The notes under the pieces: model-generated
Told to the model about the DNA's origin: nothing
The model's database searches: none
Seen by the model: only the letters and a program-made list of their open reading frames with translations
In this document: positions 38,201 to 46,780 of the stretch, piece after piece
How the letters are laid out: the number at the start of each line of letters is the position of its first letter
Numbering within the stretch: position 1 is the first letter of the stretch
Made by a program: the position numbers and the translations under genes
IMG/VR virus record: IMGVR_UViG_3300009104_001476
From: a virus
Direction: 5' to 3' (one strand)
DNA length: 64,000 nucleotides

Positions 38201-40321
38201 CACTGAACCAGATATGGGCCCGTTAACTCCTGTCCCTATAATTGTAGAAGAAAAAGTCCAATCGCTCAGAGCAGTGCTGAAAGGAGTTTTAGTTAACTGG
38301 CTTCTCCTCATTTGATCAGCATCAGAAGCTTTAAAGGTCCCATCATTTATTAAGCTATCGTCATACCAATAAGTCGGAGTTGTTAAAGATAGATCATAAG
38401 TGTGATTACTCTCTATGTTCGCATACCTGTCAAGAATTACTCCTGTAGCACTTACATCTATGATTCTACCACCTTGTAAATTTATCCCCCTGTTCTTGTC
38501 TGAAATTTGAATTACGTCTCCGGGTCGCACTAATAGAGAATCTAGGCCTGCAGAGAAGTTAACGGTTTCTTGTTCGTAGTTATTCGTATGTAATATCCAC
38601 CTGCCCAAGCGAATAGCTTGAGTCTTACTCGTGCAACCAAAAGCCGTAACCTCTGTCTCTCTGATTCCGTATTTTCTTATCGCGTCTATGTCCTCAACAT
38701 ATTCTAAAGCGGGTTTAAAGAAATTTGTTTTATCTATATACCGAACTACCGCGACAGAAAATCTGGTTTTTTTTGCGCTAGAAGCGTAACTAAAATTCCC
38801 ATCGGACACGTTCGAGTTCGTGAATTGAATTATAGGCTCTTTTTCTTTATCTTGGATAGGCTGTACTCCACCCATTCCGTAATATACGATACCTCTAAAT
38901 ATACTTGCGAAATCTTGTAAAACTTTAAAAGCTTCTTCTCTAGAATTTATCAATACATTACAGGAGAATCTAGGCTCAACACCATCTTCTCCGTTATCAA
39001 CCATTACGTCACAATATTGTGCTATTTTGTAAAGAGTCCACTTATCTATATTTATAGATTCTATATATTTCCCTAAACCATATCTTTTATTTGTTACTAA
39101 GTCATAAAAAACCCAAGCGGGGTTGTCTGTCCAGTATTTTCCTAGCTCTCTAGCGGCCCCAACGTAGGTGTCATTTAGTTTACCAAATGGTCCAGTTATT
39201 TCTGTAGAAAAGGTCCCATTCCAATCATCTGGATTATAGTAACTTCTGGTAATCGGGTCGTAATTGCTTGGAATTTTAACCTTTAACAATCTCATATCAA
39301 AAGCTCTGTTGGGTATTTGGCTAAAAAATTCAGCATTAAATCTTGATGCTAATATTGCAGAGTTGGGATAAGATAAATTAGTTTGGAAAACTTCCGTTAT
39401 GGAGTCTATGTAGCTTTCGTTTTGTACGAAAACATTTATAGAATCTAGGGTGAGTCTAGTTGCTTTAAACTCCCAACCTACTAGAAGATCTTTATTGACT
39501 TCTGCGTCTTCATAATTGGGAGTGGTTGATATTGTTAAAAGATAAGGGCTCGAAATTAAACCTTCAACGTCTGTTTTACCGTGAGCATTTTGCAGCCAAG
39601 CTCCTGCTGTTCCGTCTTTGTAGATCGCTCTATATTCAACATGGAACTCTATCCGAGTTCCAACTTGTTTATTTTGCTCGTCTTCAGTAAACTCTGAGCC
39701 TACTTTAGTATAAGAAAGCGCAGGAATTTTAATATTTATCTCAAGAGAGCTTATGTTTTTATTGTAAAGTCTAAAGTTTTTCGAATAACTTTTTCCGTCC
39801 ACCTCTGGTCCGTAAAGTCTCTCGTTGATGACTTTAGTTTTAGTTGTCTTAGTTGCTTCTTCGGAATTTAAAAAGGTATCACTTTTTTTAATTCCTTGGG
39901 GCTCTCCGTCTGAGATAGCCCATCTAAAGTCTTGAAAATTCCAATAGTTCTTATTGTCTTGTCCAGCGGAGACTACGGAGACTTCGTTCAAATATATAGA
40001 TCTTAGGTGATTCTCTGGGAAGCCTCCGAAATCTATGAATTGTCCAGAAGCATAACCAGTTTCCCCTATATTACCAGAAAGTTCATATTCTCCGGAGACT
40101 AAACCCTCCACTTGTCCTTCGCAAAGTAAGTCTAAAGTGTTAACAATGGTCCTAGAGGTAGTAAGTACTGAGCCAGAAACGATACCAAAGCCACTGCCCG
40201 TGGTTTGGTCTGTGAATGGAATTCCCGATAAGGAAGCAAAAGCATACCCCGCTCCCCCTAAGTCGCCCAAGGCCGCTACCTCGCCGCCTGTAACTGTTTG
40301 ATAATTACTTAAAACTGCCAT
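35210..40321 (-). CDS. Central tail fibre/tip attachment protein (lambda gpJ-like)
   Basis: 1703 aa; LDLLCEGQVEGLV, YPNSAI, WTDNPAWVFYDLVTNKRYGLG, EPRFSCN, AFGCTSKTQAIRLGRW, RPGDVIQISD. Confidence 0.9.
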   Translation of the reverse strand: MAVLSNYQTVTGGEVAALGDLGGAGYAFASLSGIPFTDQTTGSGFGIVSGSVLTTSRTIVNTLDLLCEGQVEGLVSGEYELSGNIGETGYASGQFIDFGGFPENHLRSIYLNEVSVVSAGQDNKNYWNFQDFRWAISDGEPQGIKKSDTFLNSEEATKTTKTKVINERLYGPEVDGKSYSKNFRLYNKNISSLEINIKIPALSYTKVGSEFTEDEQNKQVGTRIEFHVEYRAIYKDGTAGAWLQNAHGKTDVEGLISSPYLLTISTTPNYEDAEVNKDLLVGWEFKATRLTLDSINVFVQNESYIDSITEVFQTNLSYPNSAILASRFNAEFFSQIPNRAFDMRLLKVKIPSNYDPITRSYYNPDDWNGTFSTEITGPFGKLNDTYVGAARELGKYWTDNPAWVFYDLVTNKRYGLGKYIESINIDKWTLYKIAQYCDVMVDNGEDGVEPRFSCNVLINSREEAFKVLQDFASIFRGIVYYGMGGVQPIQDKEKEPIIQFTNSNVSDGNFSYASSAKKTRFSVAVVRYIDKTNFFKPALEYVEDIDAIRKYGIRETEVTAFGCTSKTQAIRLGRWILHTNNYEQETVNFSAGLDSLLVRPGDVIQISDKNRGINLQGGRIIDVSATGVILDRYANIESNHTYDLSLTTPTYWYDDSLINDGTFKASDADQMRRSQLTKTPFSTALSDWTFSSTIIGTGVNGPISGSVIGFPTGTIPAGYDRATGVSWSIDDRRYEPEYYNVLDVKETDGLQHEITASKHYTGKFAAIESGIVFTPRDPNVVGSASAPPAPLKITGALGDLTVNSKKIDYAVDVPTGAGGVIQLGSTSHYNIYLKTGAAWDTTSTDPETGDFIVNTVPPIPRPQTKIATLNAATSNTKITNFHIPAANVSHYFLAYAFNGAGAPSDGNAQSPAISVAGHNPIRDVSVHSLRLTTDDFNNNTISKGAVIKPKSKDQAFTWDASFLGQTPPIELEYVVTIREPLPGSNALTGNIIGGPYTGSRNLFQFPFEQNYALPNGPFRHYDIAVVARDRINGGFSTDAFNPPQSGYDIAEVNNVRPSGFWMTPRDSINQGARPGLCQGDEDLCTEQMITSDGKIYINFRQMGYDLDDIAGGYVYLSATPFSAYEDFTSAPSSPLGGLTGIPANDRSDTLLGVSRYSRLGITNDADARAENKIISIPFTEPTIYSDCACDGTIRRNNTIIVSPDWGAGFSSATNTYDAPNHFNFDKAYYVAMSLFDSFDYAVSGKAAGGGGWNEGLWVGFARPYISQFNDTLGATHANTGLYTTGSPVQVGNPSTSNYILSEEDFLAYGLRDGETPVLGSKYVRSAPWFSGGARTPYQGFTGCPIYPTKFTSSKGMSPYHAWIRINVNGIWEGNGVQNVRILSKKDVENFYGYNGFFDYGCRQDETEYQNPIRYYPNYSDSYSCRFTQGQYDAGSAKYGDWGGQSVQVSATHTATGLRVGVPQFWHRDIYSGEPYVGSAYVSGVLGYAGGIDDDNIPSYNETGAQVYLPDDPTIDATKPLHGFRRFRVYFDEHNLPAPNLPGRLASYTVLGLNAWNGKYTAWPAGSVTSKTSMLFAREGTDIFSTGTVQTWLDPGDIVENIPGVWNHHPAGFGQGYGGLIKNRRYFDVHLGRLIDDSYLEEAFFGVVTTNDYTTALKTAQWGSVGGWSRYDDALGIDYAFVSSQSYDGIGWTGDVSGWYKTGY

Positions 40322-40324
40322 ATT

Positions 40325-40996
40325 CTATATCACCCTACCCGCTTCATCAATACGTTTTCTTTCTACTTCATAGTGAGACATTATAACTTGACTACCAACA
40401 GTTAGTCGACCATACCCTATTGGAACTGGTCCGCCCTCATTGATAATATTAACTGGCCCGTTAAATAAATAGGAATTAGCTAAAGCTTGTGGGTCTGAGC
40501 TAGGGTTAGTTATTTGCCTATCCTCTGGGGGATCAGGAGGCTCTGACAGGGCGTTTGCCAACCCCGCAAAGAACAAGTTCGCTCCGATTATTTTCATCGT
40601 ATTGTTTCCTCCGCTCAGCCCAATTAAGGCTGCGCCCCCTAGCATCCCACCCAATCCTCCGCCAAAGTCTAAAGCACCAGCAACGCTATCGAACAAACCC
40701 ATGGCTCCTTCTACGACAGGTGCAACATCGATAGTCTTTAGGTTTTTGTACTTTATATTTAATGGGCTAGTCTCCTCGTTCCCGTTGTCCGTAAGGGTAT
40801 TGTTGTTAACCCTTATCGAGAACTTGACCCCTTTTCTCGCTAGAGAATTTATGATAACTCTAAATTTAGAATTAGTCATGGTGTTTATAGCGTGAAGAGC
40901 TTCTTGAACGCTAGACACCGAGAGCTCCCAAGTTTTTCTACCGAGTTTCTTGCCTACAACACCATGAATGTTGATTTTTACTAAATTTTTATTCAT
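40325..40996 (-). CDS. Tail assembly protein (lambda gpI-like, ubiquitin-like N-terminus)
   Basis: 223 aa; IHGVVGKKLG...SSVQEALHAI, IDVAPVVEGA, GGPVPIGYGRLTVGSQVI. Confidence 0.85.
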   Translation of the reverse strand: MNKNLVKINIHGVVGKKLGRKTWELSVSSVQEALHAINTMTNSKFRVIINSLARKGVKFSIRVNNNTLTDNGNEETSPLNIKYKNLKTIDVAPVVEGAMGLFDSVAGALDFGGGLGGMLGGAALIGLSGGNNTMKIIGANLFFAGLANALSEPPDPPEDRQITNPSSDPQALANSYLFNGPVNIINEGGPVPIGYGRLTVGSQVIMSHYEVERKRIDEAGRVI

Positions 40997-41336
40997 CGTT
41001 TTCTGGCTCTAAGATTTCAAATTTCTCTGTAACGGTATTATATAAAATACTAACGATTTCTAAATCATCGCAAACCCCCTTATCTATGTCAGAGAAGGAT
41101 TGGCCTTCGATAGTGTGCGAATGATATACCGCTAAGATGTCTCCTTCCACTAAGGCGTCTAAATATTCGTCTACAGATATTTTAAAAAAGTTTTTTTTGT
41201 CTTTCGCTATATTTTTACACTCGATCGTCCTTAGGGCTCCCTCTTCCGACTCTATTAAAAAGCCGCAGCATTCCTCCGGAAGGTTTTCGTCTGCGTGTCT
41301 TTTAATTCTGCTTTTTATTTTACTACTTAATTGCAT
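40989..41336 (-). CDS. JAB/JAMM metalloprotease (lambda gpK-like, without the NlpC/P60 domain)
   Basis: 115 aa; PEECCG, YHSH, FSDID form an intact E..HxH..S..D motif; located between L and I. Confidence 0.85.
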   Translation of the reverse strand: MQLSSKIKSRIKRHADENLPEECCGFLIESEEGALRTIECKNIAKDKKNFFKISVDEYLDALVEGDILAVYHSHTIEGQSFSDIDKGVCDDLEIVSILYNTVTEKFEILEPENDE

Positions 41337-41337
41337 T

Positions 41338-42486
41338 TTAGTTGATGCTCGTTCTTGTATTAGTGCCCGGAAACCCTCCGAAAGGTAAGAATTCGTTGGT
41401 GGGGTTACTGTCTGTGCAACCCGCTCCAGAGCAAGTGTGAGCTTTTCCGTTTAACCCCCATCTTAACTTACAGCCTTCTAAGGTCTTAGAGCATTGGTCA
41501 GGTTCCCAATAAATTCCATGAGGGGGGCATACTCCTGAAAAGTAACCGGTCTTCGCTACAAAATAATATTTAACATCATTCCTTTCTAGGAAAACTACAT
41601 CCCCTGTTGTGTATCTAGCTCCCGTTATATAATCTCCAGAAAATTGATTTTGTCCTGTAATTCGACCAAGCCCTTCTCCCGAGTAGAGAGGGAGGCCGTT
41701 AGATCCGGTTACTGTTCCTGATATCATTTCATTATTAGCGTTTGCTACAGGCGCAGCAAAGTCAGGTAAATGACCTGTCGCTCCGAAAATTTCTTTTTGA
41801 TCGTCCCCACTTGTTGGGCCTTGGAATAACTCTTTAAATTCATAGCAACAGCCCTCCCCTCTGTATTGAAATGGGCACTTAGTTGCATATATGACTCTAG
41901 CTGGTAGTCGTAGGTTGTCTAAATCTATCACCGAAGAAAGCTCAAATTGTACGTTATATTTATCTTCATTAGCCTTCCTCTCTATAAAATAAACGTCTCG
42001 AGGGAACTCGGCATCAGAGTCCGCTTCAGTGCCTACTCCCTCTATTGTATCTCCGCCTTGGTCTAAATCTAAGAATTTCGCAAAAGTCCTTACTCTAGTT
42101 ACCTTAGCTCCCACTAAATTTTCATAACTTATAAAAACGCTTTTCAAAAGAGAGAACGCGGAGTTCTCTTCCATCCCTTTTACGGCAGTTATGGTTAACG
42201 TGGGAGTAGGTAGCGTTCCTGTAGAATTCATTTCAAAACCGTTTGTAGTTATAGGGAACGAATAGTAATCATTTCCTTGAAATTTTATTGTCATCCCTTT
42301 TAGGTTGTTCATGTTATGAAACCTAAATGGAAAAGTTGGAGGGTTCACGCCAGAAACCCTTAAGCTCAATAGCTCGCCTATCTCGGTTGCGTCAATTTCA
42401 TAAAGAGTTATTAAGGCTGAGGGGTCCAGCTTCACAACTTCTGTTGCAATACTTTTTAACGAAGTCTCTGCCCCTGTTTTATTCAT
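41338..42486 (-). CDS. Minor tail protein (lambda gpL-like, Fe-S binding)
   Basis: 382 aa; ITLYEID, PTPTLTI, GAKVTRVRTFAKFLD, VQFELSS, CPFQYRGEGC, DQCSKTLEGCKLRW, PFGGFPG. Confidence 0.9.
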   Translation of the reverse strand: MNKTGAETSLKSIATEVVKLDPSALITLYEIDATEIGELLSLRVSGVNPPTFPFRFHNMNNLKGMTIKFQGNDYYSFPITTNGFEMNSTGTLPTPTLTITAVKGMEENSAFSLLKSVFISYENLVGAKVTRVRTFAKFLDLDQGGDTIEGVGTEADSDAEFPRDVYFIERKANEDKYNVQFELSSVIDLDNLRLPARVIYATKCPFQYRGEGCCYEFKELFQGPTSGDDQKEIFGATGHLPDFAAPVANANNEMISGTVTGSNGLPLYSGEGLGRITGQNQFSGDYITGARYTTGDVVFLERNDVKYYFVAKTGYFSGVCPPHGIYWEPDQCSKTLEGCKLRWGLNGKAHTCSGAGCTDSNPTNEFLPFGGFPGTNTRTSIN

Positions 42487-42492
42487 AATGTT

Positions 42493-43038
42493 TTAAGGTA
42501 CCTCGTTAAAGTTCGCGGAGACACTCATTACTCCTTGAGCTACGATTGAGCTAGAGAATTCTCTACATATGAATTTTTTTCTAGTATTGTAAGGAGAAGG
42601 AGGGGTGAAGAAAAAGAAATCTTTACCGAATCTAGACTCTAAAAAATGGATGATTGCTGTTGCCTCTTTCATTTTTCTCCCGTCAAAGCTTAAGCTTATA
42701 TTTACTAACGTATTATTTATTCCGTCTTTCATTCTTTGCTCATACCCGTCCCCAAAAGATATGGCTTTTACTTTCGGAGCATGTTGTACTGAAAAATTAT
42801 AAGACGGTGTCCAGATAAAATGAGGAGATGTAACGTTCCCTGCGCTAGCGTGTTCTGAGGTCGGGGCTGTTATCATACCGCCCCAATAAGCCGCAGCGCC
42901 CCCCGTTGTCGCTGGGGTTTGTTGACAATTGCTACAATCTTGAAGAGCGTACCAATAAAGTCCACCACTCTTTACTATATCATCTTTTTTATAGCTGGAG
43001 CTAGCCGAGTAGTCATCTATGTCGTAAATGGAAGCCAT
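42493..43038 (-). CDS. Minor tail protein (lambda gpM-like distal tail protein) with an N-terminal CBM-like extension
   Basis: 181 aa; FGDGYEQRMKDGINN, FFFTPPSPY, SANFNEVP; N-terminal YKKDDIVKSGGLYWYALQD. Confidence 0.85.
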   Translation of the reverse strand: MASIYDIDDYSASSSYKKDDIVKSGGLYWYALQDCSNCQQTPATTGGAAAYWGGMITAPTSEHASAGNVTSPHFIWTPSYNFSVQHAPKVKAISFGDGYEQRMKDGINNTLVNISLSFDGRKMKEATAIIHFLESRFGKDFFFFTPPSPYNTRKKFICREFSSSIVAQGVMSVSANFNEVP

Positions 43039-43067
43039 TTTCCTTTAACCTTGTACCTGTCTATTAT

Positions 43068-43095
43068 TTACACTCAGCGGTTATAAACCGTGTAA
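43068..43095. promoter_or_regulatory. Back-to-back GTGTAA elements between the divergent tail-tip block and the 43156 gene
   Basis: TTACAC at 43068-43073, GTGTAA at 43090-43095, with an inner CGGTT-ATA-AACCG inverted repeat. Confidence 0.55.
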
Positions 43096-43155
43096 TAATT
43101 ATAGGGATTATACTCTTTTTTTTAAAAAAATAAAAAAAAGACAAGAGGAAAAAGG

Positions 43156-44181
43156 ATGCCGTTTTATACCGCAAATAATACTAATTTAAGAATAAACGGA
43201 ACTGGATACTACGTTTCAAACGCTTCTATCGATAGCAATGCATCGTTGAGTCCTGTATATAAAATTGGATCGATAGCTTCAGAAGAGTATGTTTCCGAGG
43301 GGCCGGTCCAAGGGGGGCTAAATATGAGCTATTATTTAACTGGCGCAGACCCTATAAAGCAATTAATCAACGAAGACTCTCCCGTATCAGGTAATTTCTG
43401 CGGTCTGTATTTTAACTCTGGATACCTAAACTCTTACTCTTTAAATTTTGAGCCAAATCAACCTCTTCGAGTGTCTGCAGATTTTCTTTTTTTTGGTAAA
43501 ATGTCAGGAAGTTTTTCTCCCGAGGGGGCATCTTTGCCAGACGTAGCGATATTAAATTCTTCAGATTTCGAATTTAACGAAACCGGGGTAGTCAACGACA
43601 ATCAAATACTCAGTTTAAGCTATCAATATAATAACACCCTGCAATCATATTATTCTATACAAGAGGTTGGAGAAGGTCTCGCTCCTATAAATGTAAAAAG
43701 CACCGCGAAAAGCGTTTCCTTAGAAGTTGGAACTAATGATTATGATATCAATGTTCCTTCCACGGGTTTGTTGTGTCAGGGGAGGATTGTGTTAAAAGAT
43801 AGCTCCAATGTAGAAAAAGAAAGTTATAACATCAGCGGTGTAATGCGTAGTGAGGGTATGTCTGTCGATCCCTCTACGACCTTAGGAAAAAGCTTAAGCG
43901 TTATGCAAGCTAATTTAGCTATCCCACCAAGTATAGACGGAGTGTCCCCAATAAGTGGACCAACGGGGACGAGCGTGACTCTAAGTGGTTCTAATTTCCA
44001 AGACGTGGAGGCCGTCTTCTTCCAAGGACAAGAGCTATCTCACTCCTCCCCCGTGGGGACAACCGGTATAGCAGTTACCATCCCAAAAAATATGCCGGGA
44101 GGATCAGTTTTAGCTGCGCCTTTTGAAATAAAGACAAGAGGAGGTTCTTCAATATCGACAGGAGTATTTACCGTTTCTTAG
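43156..44181 (+). CDS. Putative tail structural protein with C-terminal IPT/TIG-like domain
   Basis: 341 aa, beta-rich; PPSIDGVSPISGPTGTSVTLSGSNF...IAVTIP is IPT/TIG-like. Confidence 0.55.
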   Translation: MPFYTANNTNLRINGTGYYVSNASIDSNASLSPVYKIGSIASEEYVSEGPVQGGLNMSYYLTGADPIKQLINEDSPVSGNFCGLYFNSGYLNSYSLNFEPNQPLRVSADFLFFGKMSGSFSPEGASLPDVAILNSSDFEFNETGVVNDNQILSLSYQYNNTLQSYYSIQEVGEGLAPINVKSTAKSVSLEVGTNDYDINVPSTGLLCQGRIVLKDSSNVEKESYNISGVMRSEGMSVDPSTTLGKSLSVMQANLAIPPSIDGVSPISGPTGTSVTLSGSNFQDVEAVFFQGQELSHSSPVGTTGIAVTIPKNMPGGSVLAAPFEIKTRGGSSISTGVFTVS

Positions 44182-44896
44182 GTTTGGCAGCCTGAAGCCT
44201 CTCAATAAGCTCGAATACTTTTATTTTCGGTAGATCATTCAAGGAATTCACCTTCGATATATCATAGTTTTCTGAGTCTAATTTAGACTTTAAAGTATCG
44301 AAAGAAACATTTTTCTTTTTCATTAACTCTTGAAGAAGGGTCTTCGGATCTGATTGGTTTAACGCTTGATCTCCTTGCTGAAGGGAGGCATTAATATTAT
44401 TGCTACCAGAAAGCTCTTCTTTGCCGACAATAGCGATTCTTAAAAAATTACGAACGCAACGAACAAACGCTCGATTTTCTGCACATGCGGCCAAAAAGGC
44501 TTGTCCGAAACCCGTGGTATTGTTAGGCGAAGCATCCCCAATAGCTGAAAACATAACCTCTTGTCCTTCCGTTTCGTAATTAGGTCTCCAAGTTATATTA
44601 CATGTAGCTACTACATAATCAGAACTAGGAGAAACGACATCGTAAGTTACGTTCGTGTATCCTCTGATTTGAGCTAGTTCCTTAATGCCTCCTAAAAGAA
44701 TGATTAACTGCCAGTCTTTTAGTTTGCTAATGTCTGTTTCTCCTTTGGCGCTATCTTTGTTAATGACTAGATACTCTGACTTAATCATTTTTCTCCAGTC
44801 GATCAGCCCGTCTTCTGTGAAAACATAATCAGTATTAGGAAGCAGTCCGTTCTCGTCTCTTACAATCTTTTTGATTTTAGGTTTTTTGACAGCCAT
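44168..44896 (-). CDS. Putative single-strand annealing protein (Rad52/Erf/RecT-like fold)
   Basis: ATG at 44896 preferred; LGGIKELAQIRG, VVATCNITW, AIGDAS, AACAENRAFVRCVRNFL resemble the SSAP core. Confidence 0.5.
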   Translation of the reverse strand: MAVKKPKIKKIVRDENGLLPNTDYVFTEDGLIDWRKMIKSEYLVINKDSAKGETDISKLKDWQLIILLGGIKELAQIRGYTNVTYDVVSPSSDYVVATCNITWRPNYETEGQEVMFSAIGDASPNNTTGFGQAFLAACAENRAFVRCVRNFLRIAIVGKEELSGSNNINASLQQGDQALNQSDPKTLLQELMKKKNVSFDTLKSKLDSENYDISKVNSLNDLPKIKVFELIERLQAAKPKKR

Positions 44897-44946
44897 GATA
44901 AAAGATAAGCGTTTAAGATGAAACAGCAAGCTTTTTTTGAAAAAAA

Positions 44947-46134
44947 TTAAACCCTCTTTAAGAAAATATAATTATCAATTTCTTTCCAGAAGTTCTTGTT
45001 ATCAATAACTTTAAGGGGCTCTTTCCCTCCTACCATAGAGGTGGGAGCGGAGTAATTCGCTGCAGCTTCTCCATAAAAGACTTCTCCCTCTTTTATTAGA
45101 AACCTAGAACTTCTATAATAAAGATTATCTAGATCTTGAGACTTCAAAAAATCTAAATCTTTCTTACTGGGATTATCCCTAGAATGGATCTTCCCAAAAT
45201 CTAAATATTTAAATTTCAACTTTTCTAACTCCGCCCCTTGTTTCTCTGTCATAAGCAAACACTCTATGCCTGCTTTATAAACATCTTCTACGTACTGGAC
45301 GCTATCTGATTGCCCTAAGACATAGACAAATTGAGTAATATTATTTTTAAAATGTTTTAAAATATTTAAAGAAACAGGCTTTCTCGTAATGATATTACAT
45401 TTACAAGTGTGTAACTGCTGGACTAAAGTCTCCTCGTTAAACTCAAGATCCATTCTAACTATTAGAGAATCAACATTTAAAGCAGAAGCGTCTATAGCTC
45501 CACCTATAGGGACGAATTCTAAACTTTTATTGGTGTAATTTTTCCCAATAAAGAGGGTTTCGTACGGGAATTTGAAAGGAATACCAAGTAGCTCGCAGAC
45601 TTGTCTTGCTATTTGTTCGGGCTTAATTTTATTGATGCTTTTATCTTCCTCTTGCACGGAGTAAGAGAACTTGTTGTTTTCATTTTGGGGGAGAATTAAT
45701 CTTAAGTCTTCCCGTCTAGAAAAGAAAGGACCAGAGTTCTTAGGTGAAGAGTCCGAAAATAGAGATACTATTTTTTTGTTAAAATGAGAAGCTAAATGAT
45801 TAGTAAAACCATCTACGCCTAAATGAAGCATCGATTTATTTATAGTATAAGCTAATTGGTTCGGTGACATTAAGCCGCTGGCATCATGAATTTTTTCGTA
45901 TTTTTGTTCTTCTTGTTCTGGAGAAACTTTAAGTATAGCGATACCTTTCTCGTCCAACATGGGAAACAGTATGTCTAGGCACTCCTGCCAATAGTCATAA
46001 TGTCTGGAAGGGAAAATCCCGCTGGGATCAAATGAAATAAATTTTTCAATATTTAAAGGGAAAAATTTTTCGTAAATAAAGGGCTTGTTTATTCTAAGTC
46101 CTGTATTTAGAGAATAACAATCAAGTAAATGCAT
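44947..46134 (-). CDS. GT9 (heptosyltransferase)-like glycosyltransferase
   Basis: SRHYDYWQE, QLAYTINKSMLHLGVDGFTNHLASHFNKKIVSLF matches the GT9 C-terminal motif. Confidence 0.65.
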   Translation of the reverse strand: MHLLDCYSLNTGLRINKPFIYEKFFPLNIEKFISFDPSGIFPSRHYDYWQECLDILFPMLDEKGIAILKVSPEQEEQKYEKIHDASGLMSPNQLAYTINKSMLHLGVDGFTNHLASHFNKKIVSLFSDSSPKNSGPFFSRREDLRLILPQNENNKFSYSVQEEDKSINKIKPEQIARQVCELLGIPFKFPYETLFIGKNYTNKSLEFVPIGGAIDASALNVDSLIVRMDLEFNEETLVQQLHTCKCNIITRKPVSLNILKHFKNNITQFVYVLGQSDSVQYVEDVYKAGIECLLMTEKQGAELEKLKFKYLDFGKIHSRDNPSKKDLDFLKSQDLDNLYYRSSRFLIKEGEVFYGEAAANYSAPTSMVGGKEPLKVIDNKNFWKEIDNYIFLKRV

Positions 46135-46140
46135 TATGTT

Positions 46141-46488
46141 TTATTTTGTTATGTTTTTTGTAATTACAGAATAGAGTATTAAGCTGATTACATAGTAGGC
46201 TCCAGTAAAAAATATACCTAATGTTGATAAGGCTACTATAATACTAACCCACAACCCCAGACAATAAGGACAGGTAATTAACCTAACAAAAAAGCTATTA
46301 TGGTAAAGGTTTAGGTAGTCGTGATAACTAAGAGTAGGATCTTTTTTCAATTTATTTTCATACGTTCTCAATTTGAAGAATTTATCAAAATTAAATATCC
46401 TAACATACTCTTCGAACGCTTCAGTATTGAACCAAACGATCAAAAAGGTTGATATTAAAGAGCTATATAAAAATATATCTAAAATCAT
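46141..46488 (-). CDS. Membrane protein with CPYC motif (DUF1360-like)
   Basis: hydrophobic segments at both ends; RLITCPYCLGLWVS. Confidence 0.55.
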   Translation of the reverse strand: MILDIFLYSSLISTFLIVWFNTEAFEEYVRIFNFDKFFKLRTYENKLKKDPTLSYHDYLNLYHNSFFVRLITCPYCLGLWVSIIVALSTLGIFFTGAYYVISLILYSVITKNITK

Positions 46489-46706
46489 TCAGAAATTTTC
46501 CTATAAACTAACTTAGGTCTTCCTTTTTTCGGCTGCCTAATTTTGCCTACTATGACAACTTCTTGGTTTTTTATAGCTTCTTGAAGCTTAATGTGAATTA
46601 AGCCATCAGAAAGACTTTCTCTAGAGTTATTTTTAATATCACTAGAGGTGAAGTCTTGATTTGGCCACTCGATATGCTTCCTAGGTCTCCCTCTTTTCTT
46701 ACTCAT
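46485..46706 (-). CDS. Small DNA-binding protein with two AT-hook-like motifs
   Basis: ATG at 46706; KKRGRPRK at the N-terminus and KKGRPK near the C-terminus. Confidence 0.6.
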   Translation of the reverse strand: MSKKRGRPRKHIEWPNQDFTSSDIKNNSRESLSDGLIHIKLQEAIKNQEVVIVGKIRQPKKGRPKLVYRKISE

Positions 46707-46780
46707 GTTTTTAGTATAATGCATAAATACAAAAAACAAAAGTTTTTTTTTAAAAAAAATGAAAATAAACTAATATAGTT

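Noticed and set aside
35210-40321. Diversity-generating retroelement acting on the gpJ or fibre C-termini
   Set aside because: There is no reverse transcriptase in the window and I saw no template/variable repeat pair differing at adenines.
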